Assembly: GCF_009914755.1 (NCBI RefSeq)
Contig: NC_060945.1
Strand: one strand, 5' to 3'
DNA length: 64,000 nt
From: the human T2T-CHM13v2.0 reference genome, Homo sapiens
The position numbers and the translations under genes were made by a program. Below are positions 1 to 14,782 of this stretch, piece after piece. Each line of letters starts with the position of its first letter. Positions within the stretch are counted from its first letter, which is position 1. The notes beneath the pieces were generated by a model that worked only from the letters and a program-made list of their open reading frames with translations, did no database searches and had not been told where the DNA came from.

Positions 1-985
1 AAGATAATTAAATCCTAATTCATGAGAAGGATTTCTTCAGGTAAAGAAAGTGGAGGAATAAACATCTGTAAAAAAAAAAAAAGTTTCCATTCAGATGTGT
101 TCTTTATCCATTTACTTTCTTAAAAGAATATTTGACAGAATGCACAGCTGGTGACATGGCCTCACGTGTGGCCCACAGGGTGTTGACAGGCAATACCGTG
201 AAAGGTGAACAGACAGACTGAGAAGGAGGAGGTCAATGTTGTCGCTCAGCACATGAGGAGACATGTTACACAGTCTCCCTGAAGAAGTGTATAGATTTTC
301 TAATTAAACAGGATTTGCTCAGTGAAAATCCGAGATCATTGACTGTTAGCACCTTTACTTTTTATAGAACCACTGCTATTTGCCAGTACCCCACAACCTC
401 CCAGGCACTGTGCAGTGTCTGAGGAAGGGCACTGGGCAAGAAAAGTTATAGGAAATGTGTTTGGTTTGTTCTTTCTATATTGTACCTTCCCTCATCAAAA
501 ACAGTCACATAGGAGAAAATTTAGATGGAGCATATTTATTTGTTAAAATCTAAGTGTCTTGAAAATAGAGAGAATAAAGGGTTTTAATATTGTTGAGGGA
601 GCAGAGTAGGAATACAAAAGAGTAAAAAAGAAACAGAGAGAAGTTTCACCTAACGCCCTTACAAAGAAAGAAGCATGAGTTCTGTCCCTGGAGCAGCAAG
701 AAGCTATGTACCACTCCAGGACACTAAAAAGTTAGCAAGGTCTCAAAGAAGATAGCAGAATTATGCTAAATTCCTAGCTTCAGCAAAGATTTCTGCACTC
801 CATACTTGGCCTACACAACTTAGCCAATGGATTTCAAAACCACATCATGGGCTAATGTAATGACAAAGTCTTTCATGACCATCACTAGCAAAAATTTATG
901 GATTTTGATGTTACCTTTGAAGTATAAGCATTACATCTGATGAGATGTAAATTATAATAAATTTACAGATGAAATTTTCTATTAG

Positions 986-1033
986 CTATTTTTTACACTA
1001 TTTTTACACTATTTTTTACACTGTTTTTTTACA
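986..1033. repeat. 12-bp minisatellite (CTATTTTTTACA) x ~4
   Basis: Tandem copies visible directly in the sequence. Confidence 0.8.
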
Positions 1034-1339
1034 GATGTTTATTCCTCCACTTTCTTTACCTGAAGTGGCAATTTGGTTTTGCATTATGCAATATAAAATC
1101 AATATTAGAAGTTGTGTAAAGCCTAATTCAAACCTATAAAATGTGTGAGGCAAAATTTTAATGTTTATATTTTATTCTTTTTGTTGGATTCTCGCAGAAG
1201 TTCCTTGAGTTTTTGGTCTTAGACTGCCTTTACATAAGTATATTTTGTGTATACAACAAGATACTAAAGAATGAAACTATGAAAGCCAGTAAAACAGCTA
1301 CATTTTTTCCCAGAAAGTAAGTCAAAGTATATACTTTTG

Positions 1340-1670
1340 AATACTCTGTCCTTTCCCCAATGTATGTTCTTGACATTTTTGTCAAAAATACATTGACTAT
1401 AAATTCTTAGATTACATTCATGAATTTATTTCTGGTTTTTCAACTTTGTTCCGTTGTTCAATGTGTCTGTTTTTATGACACTACCGTGCTGTTTTAGTTA
1501 CTATGGCTTTGTAGTATAATTTGAAGTCAAGTAATGTAAAGCCTTCAGCTTTGTTTTGTTTTTTTGTTTGTTTGTTGTTGTTGTTGTTGTTAAGAATTGC
1601 TTTGGCTATTCTGGATCTTTTATGGTTCTATATAAATTTTAGGATTATGTTTCTATTTCTGTGAAGAATG
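1340..1670 (-). mobile_element. Old L1 (L1MA-like) ORF2 fragment, antisense; probable inverted 5' part of a twin-primed insertion
   Basis: Antisense L1 ORF2 text (ttgaagtcaagtaatgt...ttgctttggctattctggatctt...aattttaggatt). Confidence 0.75.
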
Positions 1671-2632
1671 TAAATTAGCATAGCTACTATGGGAAAAAGT
1701 GTGGAGGTGTCTCAAAAAAACAAAAATAATACTGCCATAAATTACAGCAATCCCACTGCTAGGTATATATCCAAAAGAAAGGACGTTCATGTAGCCAAGA
1801 GATATCTGCACTCCCATGTTTATTGCAGCACTATTTATAATAATTAAAATATTGAATAAAACTAAGTGTCCATCAAAATTGATGAATGGATTGCCTAAGC
1901 CTAGGAGTTTGAGACCAGCCTAGGCAACACAGAGAGAGACCCTGTCTCTCCAAAAAAAAAAACAGTGATGCATGCTTGTAGTTCCAGCTGCTTGGGAGGC
2001 TGAGGCACAGGAGGATCACTTGAACCCAGGAGATCGAGGCTGCAATGAGCTGTGATAGTCCCAATGCACTCCAGCCTAGGTAACTGAGAAAGACCCAATT
2101 TAAAAAAAGAAAGAAAACCAAAAAAAAAAAAAGATAAGAAAAAGAAAATAAATAAATCCTAGCATTTGTAATAATATGGATGGAGTTGGAGGACATTATG
2201 ATACATAAAATAAGCCAGACACAAAAATACAAAAAGAGCATGTTCTCACCCATAAGTAGGAGCTAAAATAATTGATCTCAAGAGTTGAATGATGGCTACC
2301 AGAGACTGAGAACAGCGCTAGAGAGGAAGGATAAAGAAGGGTTGGACAATGAGTACAAAGATACAGTTAGATAGAAGGAATAAGATCTAGCATTTGATAG
2401 GAAAATAGGGCAATTATAGTTAACAATTATTTATTTTATATTTCGAAATAGCTAGAAGAGTGAAATCGGAATAATCTCAACACAAAGTAATAATAAATGT
2501 TTCAAGTGATGGATATTCCAACTACCCTGATTTGATCATTACACATAGTATTCATGGATCAAAATATCACATGCAACTATAAATATGTATAACTATTATG
2601 TATCCATAAAAACTGAAAATAAATAAAAAAAC
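1671..2632 (+). mobile_element. Old L1 (L1MA-like) 3' end with A-rich tail, interrupted by an Alu
   Basis: cagcaatcccactgctaggtatatatccaaaagaaagga and L1MA-type 3'UTR ending at aaataaaaaa. Confidence 0.8.
1888..2135 (+). mobile_element. 5'-truncated AluJ-like element inside the L1
   Basis: ggagtttgagaccagcct...ggaggatcacttgaacccaggag...gaggctgcaatgagctgtgat, A tail. Confidence 0.85.
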
Positions 2633-4654
2633 AAAGTATGGATTTTACTAATGGTGGGAATCACTTCGATTATTTAAAGATACATAATAGGTACAATGAA
2701 AGCTAGAGATGTCCAGGACCCCATGCGCTTGCATCCTCAATCAGCCCTCTAAAGTTCTCTAGAGAGAATGCAGATGAGAATTTTCAGGGAAATAGTTTAT
2801 TACAATTTATGGCTCTGACTCCAAACTTCTGTGTGGTCTTCTTGGCATGTGTGAATCATAAAGATTACTTGCGGTTTTAGCATTGCCCCCATGACATTTG
2901 AGTTGTAGATACAGATTCCAATTTTGCCAGTGCACTGTGCTTTCTTGAATGATCAGTTCCATGTCTTATACCTGTTTGTTTTCCTAGTGCTTACCATAAG
3001 CATTCAGTTCCTGTTTGTAACTTTTCCTCGTCTCTCTACCACAAACCAACTGTTCAGCTTTGGGCGGAACATTCAAGTGGTCATTATCTAAATTGACTTA
3101 TATAAAGAACGCTTTGAGGGAATGACATTTAAGGCCATCTCAAAGTTTCTCTTAAGTAATTCATTTTATTTTCGTTAATACCTTTTGAGATTTGAAGACT
3201 ACTATCACATCTTTTTTAAATTACTTTTCTGCCAAGTTCTCATAAGTCAGCTTGTTAGATCATTTCTGACTTGGAGGGCCTTAAATCTTATGAAAACGTA
3301 ATAATGATAGAATTAGCATCTCTATGTGGTTGTACCTCAAGCAACAGATCCTCTGTGGGAGAAAATGACCTTCAACTACGTCAGTCTGGACTGAAAAATG
3401 ATATAAGGTTAATTGAATTTGTCTGTTTGGTTTTGGTTGTTTGATTTTCATTCCCATATAGTATAGTTAAAAGCTGAGGTCTCGTTTTGTTTTGAGTCAA
3501 CTCTTCTATCATTTGTCCCTTGGAGTGACTTTTTACTGCCCTGTAGCTGAAGAGGAGGCCATAATTCTCTGATGCTAGAGAGTGCGGGAACATGCCATCT
3601 GTCCTAAGAAGGGGGCATGAGTCGAAAGAACACCAAAAGTGCAGTAAGTTACAGCTGACTCATACAAAGGGAAAAGAAGAAAACAGGGATCCACAGACAT
3701 AAATTTTCCAGGGAGAAAATTTGTGGCCTGGAATATATATCCCTGTGTTTCCTATGTGGTGTTCCCTTTGATAAACCATCTAACTAGAAGGACATTTTAG
3801 AAAAAGAGAGTTAGGCACTCTGTTCTTTGAAATAAAAAGTCAGTGAAGGAGAGGAAAGTGAAGATAATGGTGAATACAAATTTCTGATTCTATTTACCAT
3901 TTTCCTTTCTACTTTGCCTCCACCACAGTAATGTTTTTCCTATTATCTTATTAAAAGAACATTCATAACCAAGTCATCACAGTTGATTGTAATAATGTAT
4001 GAATTAACTGTGTAATTTATATTAATATATGATGACCTAAACCATTTAGGTTTTGCATCACTTTGCGTTACTTAGATTCTTGGTACACAATTGGAAAAAT
4101 ATGTGTGGAATTTTAACAGACAATGGTGGGCGTGGGATGGGCTTTAACTATGTATTTTCTTACCTTAGCTGACATTTACTTCTATTCCCATTTGAAAATA
4201 CTGTTTCCTCCTTGAAAAGTGCAATGTATATGATTCACCAGCAAGAAAAGCAGATACTTTTTATTGCAGCATTTTCATTGCTGTATAACTGAAGTTACAC
4301 TATGGATAACACAGCAACCAGCAAATTTGTTTCCATTTATAAACTGTTAACATTACATTTTCTATTTAAAATTGAAGTTCGTATTATTGTTGTTTGATTT
4401 CACAGGAAAATTTGATATTCTAATTGATAGATGATAATTCTATACATCAAATTTTTATTTTACATATTCGTAGTTTCTAGTGAATACAAATATCAAGGAA
4501 AAATGATGTAAGATAACATAGCCTTAAGTTGATTTTATCGACAATGGAGTGCAATCACCTTGTCTACTTTTGGTCGTTGCTGTTGTTGAGAGTGAAGATT
4601 ATTTGTAATGATTTAGAGTTTAAAAGGACCATATTTCTGATCTTGCATTGGTAA

Positions 4655-4986
<332 letters not shown>

Positions 4987-5424
4987 TCGTTTTTGTATAA
5001 TCCATTTTCTCAGAGGCATTTCACCATTTTGTTGGGCTTTAATTTGAAAACACTATTGCAAAATACTCAAAAAATACAGTAATTATTTTAAAAAATCACT
5101 CAAGCAATGTAACGGTATACTCCAGTATGTCACACTCTGCTTTGCAGTCAAGATTCTAAAGTTATTACTTTTTCTATGATGAAGTTCTCAAATAGAGTTC
5201 AGTAGAGGTTAGAGGACTACATGAAGCCTATGAGTGAAGATGATACAGCACATATGTAGTGTGAGATGATGTTATCCTTTTTGTTCTTAAGTAAAATGAA
5301 TATACATATTATTTTGATATATATTATTTTTTAAATAAGAAAACCAAAATAACTCCAAGTAATTTCTAACTACTAAAATTTAAAATCTCACACATGCTTC
5401 TAAGTATCTGTATATTTAGAACTA

Positions 5425-5787
<363 letters not shown>

Positions 5788-6337
5788 CTAGTAATTTTTA
5801 TGTACTCCATGAATTCCAACAAAAGCATGAGACCAAAAAAAAAAAAAAAAAAGGAAAGAATAATAAAATCAGATGACTTAATTTGGAGGCTGCTACCTCT
5901 CAAAAGTTAGCATAGATGAAGCATTACATTGTTTGCTGCAAAACAACATACATAAGGAGTCATTTGCCAACAAAAACAAAATCCTATTATTACGTATCAT
6001 GCTACATGCTAAGTATACTATCTCATTAACTATGGCAACAGTCCTCTGACATCAGTGTTTATAACCTTTTTGTTTGAATGGAAGAGGAGACTTATGAAAT
6101 ATGAAGATTAAGAAGTTTTCTGACACATGCACAGCTAGGAATGGGAACATTGGCATCTAACGTCACTCTCTGTTGCCCCAAAGCCTGTGCTTTTTAAGAA
6201 AGAGAAATGTTGTGACTACACTTTGCCATAGAGGAGAATTGTTTGATATCCCCATATAAATAGTCCTAGACTCACTTTATCATACATAGCAGTCTCATAG
6301 AGCAATTCCTTCGCCACCACAGGAATGGAGTCAGGAA

Positions 6338-6378
6338 TTTTTTTTTTTTTTAGATGAGTCTCACTCTGTCACCGGGCT
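6338..6378 (-). mobile_element. Very short Alu 3'-end fragment
   Basis: T tract followed by gatgagtctcactctgtcacc. Confidence 0.6.
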
Positions 6379-6696
6379 TTCTTAAATAATTTTATAATTA
6401 TGTAACAAATATAACTGAAGAAAAAAACAACTGATTTTTGACTTTGATTTTGAGAGAGAGAAAGATATGAGGAGAAGTAGAAGGAGGAGGAGAAGGGAGA
6501 AGAGGAGGAAGAGGAGAAGTAGATGCAAGGTGATGAACAGGGAAATAGTGTAAGAATGTCATTTCTATTTCAAGTGGAATGTTAGGCAAAGTCTCCTAAG
6601 GAGTTCATATTAACCAGAATCCCAAAAAAAGTGACAGAACTGTCTATGAGAATGTTTGAGAAAAGGCCGACGGAATTAGAATTAGAATCATTGTGT

Positions 6697-6698
<2 letters not shown>

Positions 6699-6732
<34 letters not shown>
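6699..6732. repeat. (GT)n microsatellite
   Basis: About 17 GT units. Confidence 0.95.
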
Positions 6733-7044
<312 letters not shown>

Positions 7045-7525
7045 CTAAGGATGATATCATTCCACTTCCTTTCTTCATTTTGTATATTTAGAAGTATATC
7101 TAATTAACAGGTACATATTTATTTAATATTAAATATGTGGTGGATACTGACAATTAAATAACTCAAGTTTTATGTAGAGTAGAAAAGATAAAGAGAAAAA
7201 GAGTTATTGAAAGTTAAGAAGAAATTTCTAAGAAGCTAAGGATCAACTAATCTACATAGTGGTCTGGCTTTCAAGGGGGTAAAACATGCCCCAAATTGGT
7301 GTTGACTCACACACGCACACAAAGAGCATTTTATATTTTTCAAAATTTCAAAATAGTCATATTTTCCATCTCTCAGTGAAACCACATTATGTCTATGACT
7401 AACAGGTACTTTGAAGACAAATGGAGTTTTCACCAGATGAGTCATTTTTCTCTAACGGAGAACTATCAGGATTGAAGGTGATTAAAGCAGAACAGATCTT
7501 TGAGAAACTAAATAAGAAACAATGC

Positions 7526-7702
7526 TCAATGGCATTTCTTAGAAGCAAAAAATATCAGATCATCTATAACAGAATATTTATTTTCATAACAACCATAATA
7601 ACCGTTACAGCCACAGTGGGTGCTGTGTATACAGCCATACCCACAACCATAGCAAGAGCCAAATCCACAGCTCCCACACACACTTTTGTAATTGAAATAC
7701 AT
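7526..7702 (-). CDS. KRTAP21-3: Keratin-associated protein 21-3 (58 aa: MYFNYKSVCGSCGFGSCYGCGYGCIHSTHCGCNGYYGCYENKYSVIDDLIFFASKKCH)
   Basis: Hand translation from ATG at 7702-7700 to TGA at 7528-7526; Gly/Cys/Tyr-rich KAP N-terminus; TATA-like box upstream; below the ORF-track size cutoff. Confidence 0.88.
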   Translation of the reverse strand: MYFNYKSVCGSCGFGSCYGCGYGCIHSTHCGCNGYYGCYENKYSVIDDLIFFASKKCH

Positions 7703-7765
7703 AGTGTCAGGAGATGAGAATTCAGCCAGGTAACAGCATTTCTGGAGTTTGGAACCCTTGGGATC

Positions 7766-7776
7766 TTTCTATATAA
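7766..7776 (-). promoter_or_regulatory. TATA-like box of KRTAP21-3 (TATATAGAAA)
   Basis: About 65-75 nt upstream of the ATG, similar position to the TATA boxes of the paralogues. Confidence 0.6.
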
Positions 7777-8489
7777 TAAGAGGTCTGCAAAGTGTGTGCC
7801 ATCCCTACTTTGCCTTCTCATTCCCACAAGAATTTATATTTAACAAGCTTGTTGTTGTTTTATTCTGTGTCCTAAGAAAGCCTCTCATTTTAGACCTTCA
7901 TTTAATTCCTGCAAGTTAATCATAGACTGTAAAAAGTAATTTGTACACTCTGTATACATGTTCTCAGTGAGCCCCAAATGTACACTCCACAAATATCATG
8001 ATGCTAAATCTTGCAGGGAAGTACTTCCCTCAGCTCTAACCCAAAACATTGAGAATCCCCATCCCCAGCCTCCTAGAGAAAGGAAGGGGCTTAGTGATTC
8101 CTACCTTTTCAGGTGCCACCAGTATTACCATCCAATCCACAACTGTACTACTCAGGAGAGGATAGGCATAGGAAGGCTAAATTGAGAAACATGCGTTCAA
8201 TTCTATAATATTAGAATTTATTGAGAACTTTCCTAAAAAACAGAACATGACAGTAGGCACTGCTGAAAATAACATAAAAATAAAAATGAAAAACATAAAT
8301 AAGACCAAGAACAGACCTTCAATGAACTCCCAGCTTAGTAAGGAAGAGAAACATTTACACAAAAAAAGTCTCAGATTGATGCGGTTAGAGAAAAAGGAAA
8401 GAGAAATCCTATGAAATAGACCTCAAAACAATCCAGACCAGGTCCACTTAGGGCCTTCATCCATGCTGGGCTTTCACCTGCAGTTTTTA

Positions 8490-8730
8490 CAATTTAACAC
8501 CCATATCTATGACTCATTCCCTCACTGCCATCAGAGTGTGTTCAAATGTCACTCAAGGAGGCCCTCCCTGAACAGTATTATTTATAGCTAGCACCCTCCC
8601 ACAGATATATCTTTATTCTCTACTTAGCATTTATCAAGCCATTTATCACCATATGATAGACTTGCATTTTACTAATTTTGTTGACTGTTTTTCTCACTGG
8701 AATATAGGATATCTGTGAAGGCAGGAATTT
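8490..8730. mobile_element. L2-like fragment
   Basis: Degenerate L2 3' motifs (ttcaaatgtcactcaaggaggccctccctga...tgtgaaggcagga). Confidence 0.5.
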
Positions 8731-9508
8731 CTTTTTTTCTTTAGGGAATAAAATAGATTTTAAAAAAGTATAATAAACTGGGGCCAAATAATAAAGAGCT
8801 TTGAATATTAAGGTAAAAAGTGTGGAATTCATTCTAAAGGTAATGGAGAACCAGAGAAGATTTTGAGCAAATTAATGGCATAATCAGCTCAATATTTTGA
8901 GATACAGAAATCACAACCATTTATCCAGTGTACTTAGTAATGTCCTATTTCTTCGAAACCATTATTTGCTAAATTATTCTCTTGAGCAAAGATCTTTCCT
9001 TGAGCACTAGCCATGGTTGCATTGAATTTGTGGCATTTTATTTTCCAATTATGTTTCCAGGAACACTAGGACTGGGAGGTATTAAAATGTATTCCAAGAA
9101 ATAGAGTTTCCAAGATTTTAAAATGTGCTATCAAACACTATAAAATAAAAACACCTTCAGAGTATTCACAATTTACATATGCGCTGTAAGTTTTACTTGC
9201 ACCTAAATGCCAGGTATTGTAGTAGGAGTACAAACTGGAACGCCATGATAGCATTTTAATTATCCTTAGGAGGACAACTGTGTAAAGAAAACCAGCTTGA
9301 CATTCTTCAATAAACTAACATATTTGTGTAACAAAATAACTTTTTAAGTTGAGAAATAACTTTTAAGTTCTTTTGAAAGTTATCGTCTTAGAGTATATGT
9401 TCAAATATGAAAATCTTATGAGTGTTCAAGTTTCCAAATCACTAAAGAGACTGTTGGCGTTTTTATACAGCACAAGCAAATAGGCCACATTAAGTCAAAC
9501 AGGTCATC

Positions 9509-9746
<238 letters not shown>

Positions 9747-9958
9747 AGGTCATCTTTTAAAATAACCATTGGGTAAGCAGTTTTGCCTAGATTAAACTGA
9801 ATATTTTGAAAATAAACCTTTGATGGGACTCAATTACAAAATTAGTCTCAACTCAACCTAAATATGGTATTTTCTTGCCCATGAGAGTTGAAAATCTATA
9901 TTTAAGATGCTCAGTGAGGATTGAATCTTAGACAATCTGAAAAAAGCTTCTAAAATTT

Positions 9959-10256
<298 letters not shown>

Positions 10257-13130
10257 TGTTTTTAATTGATACTTTATTTGAACCATCTTTTGCTGCAAAT
10301 TATCCGTATTATGATGTATCATGTGTTTCTTTGCATATATGTCTCATGTTACCTATTTTAATATATGCAGTCTCTTTAAAAGTGAGAACCTTGTTATTAT
10401 TTTTATTTTTTGTTTTATATTTTGCTCTGTACATTCTATACCCCTGCAAGCATCTTACTTTGTACAGGGAAATTAGAACTGCAATATGTATTTTATTGTG
10501 GATTTTTTTTTCTATCATTTCATACACTTAAGTATCTGTTCCTTTTCAGACTTTTGACTTTCATGTGACTGTAAGGAATTGTGGTTGCTATTTTTCTCTT
10601 GACCCAAAAATGCTGAGTTGCTCTGAAAAGTATTTCCTAACCATATAAGAATTCATTCGTATTCTGAAAATTTGTTTCTGCTTAATTTCCCGATTATTGA
10701 TGACATATTATGTAATTATTTTCAGCTTTTCATTAGTAAAAATTCACCACATTAAGTCAAATGCAAAATTTATTGCAAATTTATTCATCTTTCCCATATT
10801 TTCCCTTTCATTTTCTCAGCTAAGGTCTCATGTTAATAGCAGTGATGACCCTGTGCCACTTTAAGTAAAATTCGGAATTTGTATACCCCTAGCCTTCATT
10901 TGTAAAGTATACAACTATGTCTTTGACCATAATAGCCCTCTCTGTAAAATCACCAATAAATTTCCAAAATATGTGATGGTAAAATTAAGTTTCATATTCT
11001 TCCCCCAGCTATTTTCTACTTCTTACCAAATATACTACTGACCTTTTAGGCCCATTTTTCTTTCTTGAATCAATGGTGTTATTTCTCTACCTGGAACATC
11101 ATCAAATCTGAAAATTTCCATTCCCACCTCTGAAAGTGGCTTAACTCCTATGTTCTCCATCCTCATGAAGATTTCTCTACGTCAGGGGAAAGAAAATGTG
11201 AATGTTCACATTCATTTGCCTGCAAATTTTTTTAAATAGAAAGAAGAAAATAAGCAATTTATTATTCTACTAGATATTTTATAATTCACTTTGTTAGATT
11301 TAATTTATCTCATTCTCCAAAATATTCATGTAAAAATTAAATACGATGATAATATTAATAGAAATACCTTTAGTTCAAAGTCAGCATCCATTTAATGTTC
11401 ACATTTAAATGCATATATAATTTATAAGAGTAGATTATATGCAAAAAATATTTAATCATTATAGATTTATGTAAAAATATATGTTTAATTTTGAAAAAAA
11501 GATTGTATTGAAAATAAGTCATATTTCTGTTGTGTTTTCCCTTCAGTCTCAGAAGATGAGGTATTTTTTTCTTCCTTCAAATTATTAGCTCTCCACCAAC
11601 GTGGTATCCTAACTTGTTTCTACTTTTATTGCTCTATGGCTCTATCTTCATCAGTCTCTTCAAATCTACTCCCTTCTTCTGCCTACTCTTCCCTAAGAGA
11701 TTTTTAATGTTTTCTTTTGCCAATGCCAGTCACATTTCTTCTCCATGGTTATCGTTGACCTCTGCTGCCACAAGGTATCATTTCCTCTACTTCCAACCCT
11801 TTTCAACACCATCCTCATTCTCTTTTTACAACTGTACCTTTCATGTGTTTTCTTCATTTATTCCTCTGACTCTACCCAAACTCTAACTAAGGAGCCCTTC
11901 CTAGATTCAATTCCTTGACTTTCTCTCTCTAAATTCTCTTATTAATTTCCCATTTGTACTCCCACTACAATGTCTGACTTACAGAAAGTGATCCATTAAA
12001 ACTTAAGGAATAAATGTGTGTGAGTAAATATTTTCTCTCACATTTACAGCTTTAAATAAAAAATTAATATCAGTTACTTTCAAATTGATATGTCGTGTAC
12101 TCTCCTTAAATATACAAATCTTAGCTAGATAATTTTTTTGAATGTATTATTACCTCAAATCAACATATCCAAAACCAGATACATCTCTCTGGCAAAACTA
12201 AATTTTAAAAATATTTCTCCCTGTTAATAACATTTCCTTTCTTGATGAATACCCACATTCAAAAGTACCACATTTATGCATTTGTTTATGTCACTGAAAC
12301 AAATCATTTTCCATACAAAATTTTGGTATCTATTTTCTTACTCTTACTGCAACAGGCTTAATTCTGGTCCTAATCTTCTCACTCTTGAACCCCCCCACCC
12401 CAATAAGTCCTTAGCTCCAGGAACTCAATGCATCTTTCGTTTCCACACTGTCCAACCTATTCTGCACATTGTTTCTAAATTTATATTTCCTACATATTAC
12501 TTTTATCATGCATTTCTTCTGCTTAATATTCTGAATCTCCTACTGTGCTAATTCTATATCCTCTGCCTGGGCTCACAGATCTCTCATAATATACCTCTTC
12601 CCCTAACCATTCCAAATCTGTTTACCACTCTAAGTCATGGTAATCATCACATTATTTGTTAAATACATTCATGTGCAAGACACCAACCATTTCCCCTAAA
12701 CAGCCGATTTAATGCCCATTCTGCCTCTGTCCCCAGTGACTCTCCCACCTTGAATTTCTGATTTTCTAATCTATTAATGCAGTTCTTCCAAGCCCAGTTC
12801 ATTTCCCCTTCGACAGAAGCTTTCTGCAGTTCCCGGAGTCCTCATTATCTTCCTTTCCTATGAACTCCTGCCAGTCTTTTCATCTGTGACACATAAGCTG
12901 TTATATCTCAAGTTTTGTTCTTTTCTACAAATAGGTATGTTAGTCTTGATCTTCCAAATGGATGGTTAGTTCTTTGATCTCAGCAACTATTCTCATCTAC
13001 ACAACACTATCATGGTGCTGACCAAACACATATTAAGTGCTCGATAAATCCCTGTTGATCACCTACTGAACCCAGGTGAAAAAATATATTTTCCATTAAT
13101 TCATTTGCTCCACTGCAATTTTTAAGAGTT

Positions 13131-13318
13131 AGAGTTTCTAAAAGTGGAGTGTATGGATCAGCAGTTATCAGCATCACTTGGGAATTTGTTAAAATTGCAG
13201 ATTTTGAGGTTCTACCCAAAACCTACTAAATCAGAAGGTCTAGGAGTAGGACCCAAAAACTCTATGTTTTTCAAGCACTCTGGTTAATTTAATACACACT
13301 ATCATTTCAGAACCACTG
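13131..13318. mobile_element. MER5A-like DNA transposon relic
   Basis: cagcatcacttgggaatttgttaaaattgcaga...cagaaccactg. Confidence 0.75.
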
Positions 13319-13971
13319 CCATAGATCAATCGTCTTGTCCTCATAACAAGGTCTCTAGATAAAATAGCAGTGGCCAACACAAAAGGTTAATGGCTTACTG
13401 AGCTTTTATTTTTGAGGACATTCTGACCTGTTTAAAACCAGACAAGTGGTGATTAGCAGTGTACTTTCTGTGATTCACAAAGCTTAGACAATAATGGAAA
13501 CAGGCTATTTGAGCAATCAGTTATCTAAATGAATCTAAAAGGTTTTGCTGTGAAGGTTAATATTCCATGTTTTATCTAACATTTGCCTTGTACCCTCCGC
13601 CAAAATTGGTTTAATGTGCAGTTCTGAAACTGGAATCTAAAGTGCAGAGGTTATTGTGGAAAGCTCAATCATCTAGCTGCTACATAAGTCTGAATATTTG
13701 TAAAGGTTTTAGAACCCAAATGTTAGATTTTAAGTTTATCATCCACCATCCTTTATGCATATCTTACCAGCTCTGAATAGGGGTGAGATAAGGAACAGAG
13801 ATCACAGACTCGAGCTGAGGACCCTAGAGAGACTATCTCATGCTCAGGTTTAAGAGAAATTCAGGGGACTCAATGTTGATCTGTATTCTGTTCAGGGGAC
13901 AAAGTTACCCAAAGGGAAGCCATAAACCCCAGGGCCTTAGCAGTTAATCTCACTTCCACCTAGTTCAATGG

Positions 13972-14065
13972 TGTGTTACGGTCCTCCCAAGAAAAAATAA
14001 CAGTAGGATGTGTGTGTCTACATGTAAGTATGTGTATACACATACCTACAGGATGCATGAAGGAA

Positions 14066-14114
<49 letters not shown>

Positions 14115-14782
14115 AGGAAGAGGTGGAAGAGTGAGGGAGAGAGAGGCAAAGAGGAATGAGAGAGAGAGGAGAGAAAGGGAAAGAGAGGGAGGAGAGAGAA
14201 AAAAGAGGGAGAGTGAGGGGGAGAGAGAAAGAGGAGAGTAGAGAGGGAGAGAAAAGAGAGAGAAAAGTGGGGAGGGAGAAAAGGAGGAGGAGTAGAGAGG
14301 AGAGAGGCCAGAAGGGAGATAAGCGGGGAGAGAGAGAAGAGAGAGAAGCAAGGAGAGGGAGAGAAATTGGGGGACAATAAAGAGAGAGAGAGAGAAAGGG
14401 AGGGAGGGATACAGAGAGACAGAGCGAGAGAAGAGGCAGATTTTAAAGCATTGGCTCACATGATTGTAGGGGCTAGCAAAATCAAAATCTGCTGAGCAGG
14501 CTGGAGACCCAGGGAAGAGCTGATCTTGCAACTTGAATGTGAACTCAGGTTGAAGGCAGATTTCCCTCTTCCTCTGGTAGACATCACCCTTTTCTCTTAA
14601 GGCCCTCAACTGCCTGGAGGAAGCTCACCCACATTATGGAAGGTACGTGACTTTTCTCAAGTCTGCTGATTAAATGCCAACCTTATCTGAAAAATATCAT
14701 CATAGCAACCTTTAGACTGGTGTTCGACCAAACATTTGGTCTTTGTAGCTTAGCCAAGTTGACGCATAAAATCAGTCATCAA
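13972..14782 (-). mobile_element. MLT2-type (ERVL) LTR with an expanded internal (CA)n/GA-rich tract
   Basis: ttaaagcattggctcacatgattgtaggggctagca...gccaagttgacgcataaaatcagtcatca resembles MLT2. Confidence 0.7.
14076..14435. repeat. (CA)n followed by a ~330-bp polypurine (GA-rich) tract
   Basis: Directly visible. Confidence 0.95.

Noticed and set aside
130-300. Cys/Pro-containing minus-strand stretch (LSTPCGPHVRPCHQLC) as a KRTAP or keratin relic
   Set aside because: Too short, with no start, TATA box or family tail; compatible with chance.
7421-7827. ORF-track ORFs 7421-7717(+) and 7564-7827(-)
   Set aside because: Alternative-frame shadows of KRTAP21-3.
14008-14609. Ser/Leu- and Glu/Arg-rich ORFs
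   Set aside because: Translations of the GA-rich low-complexity tract.
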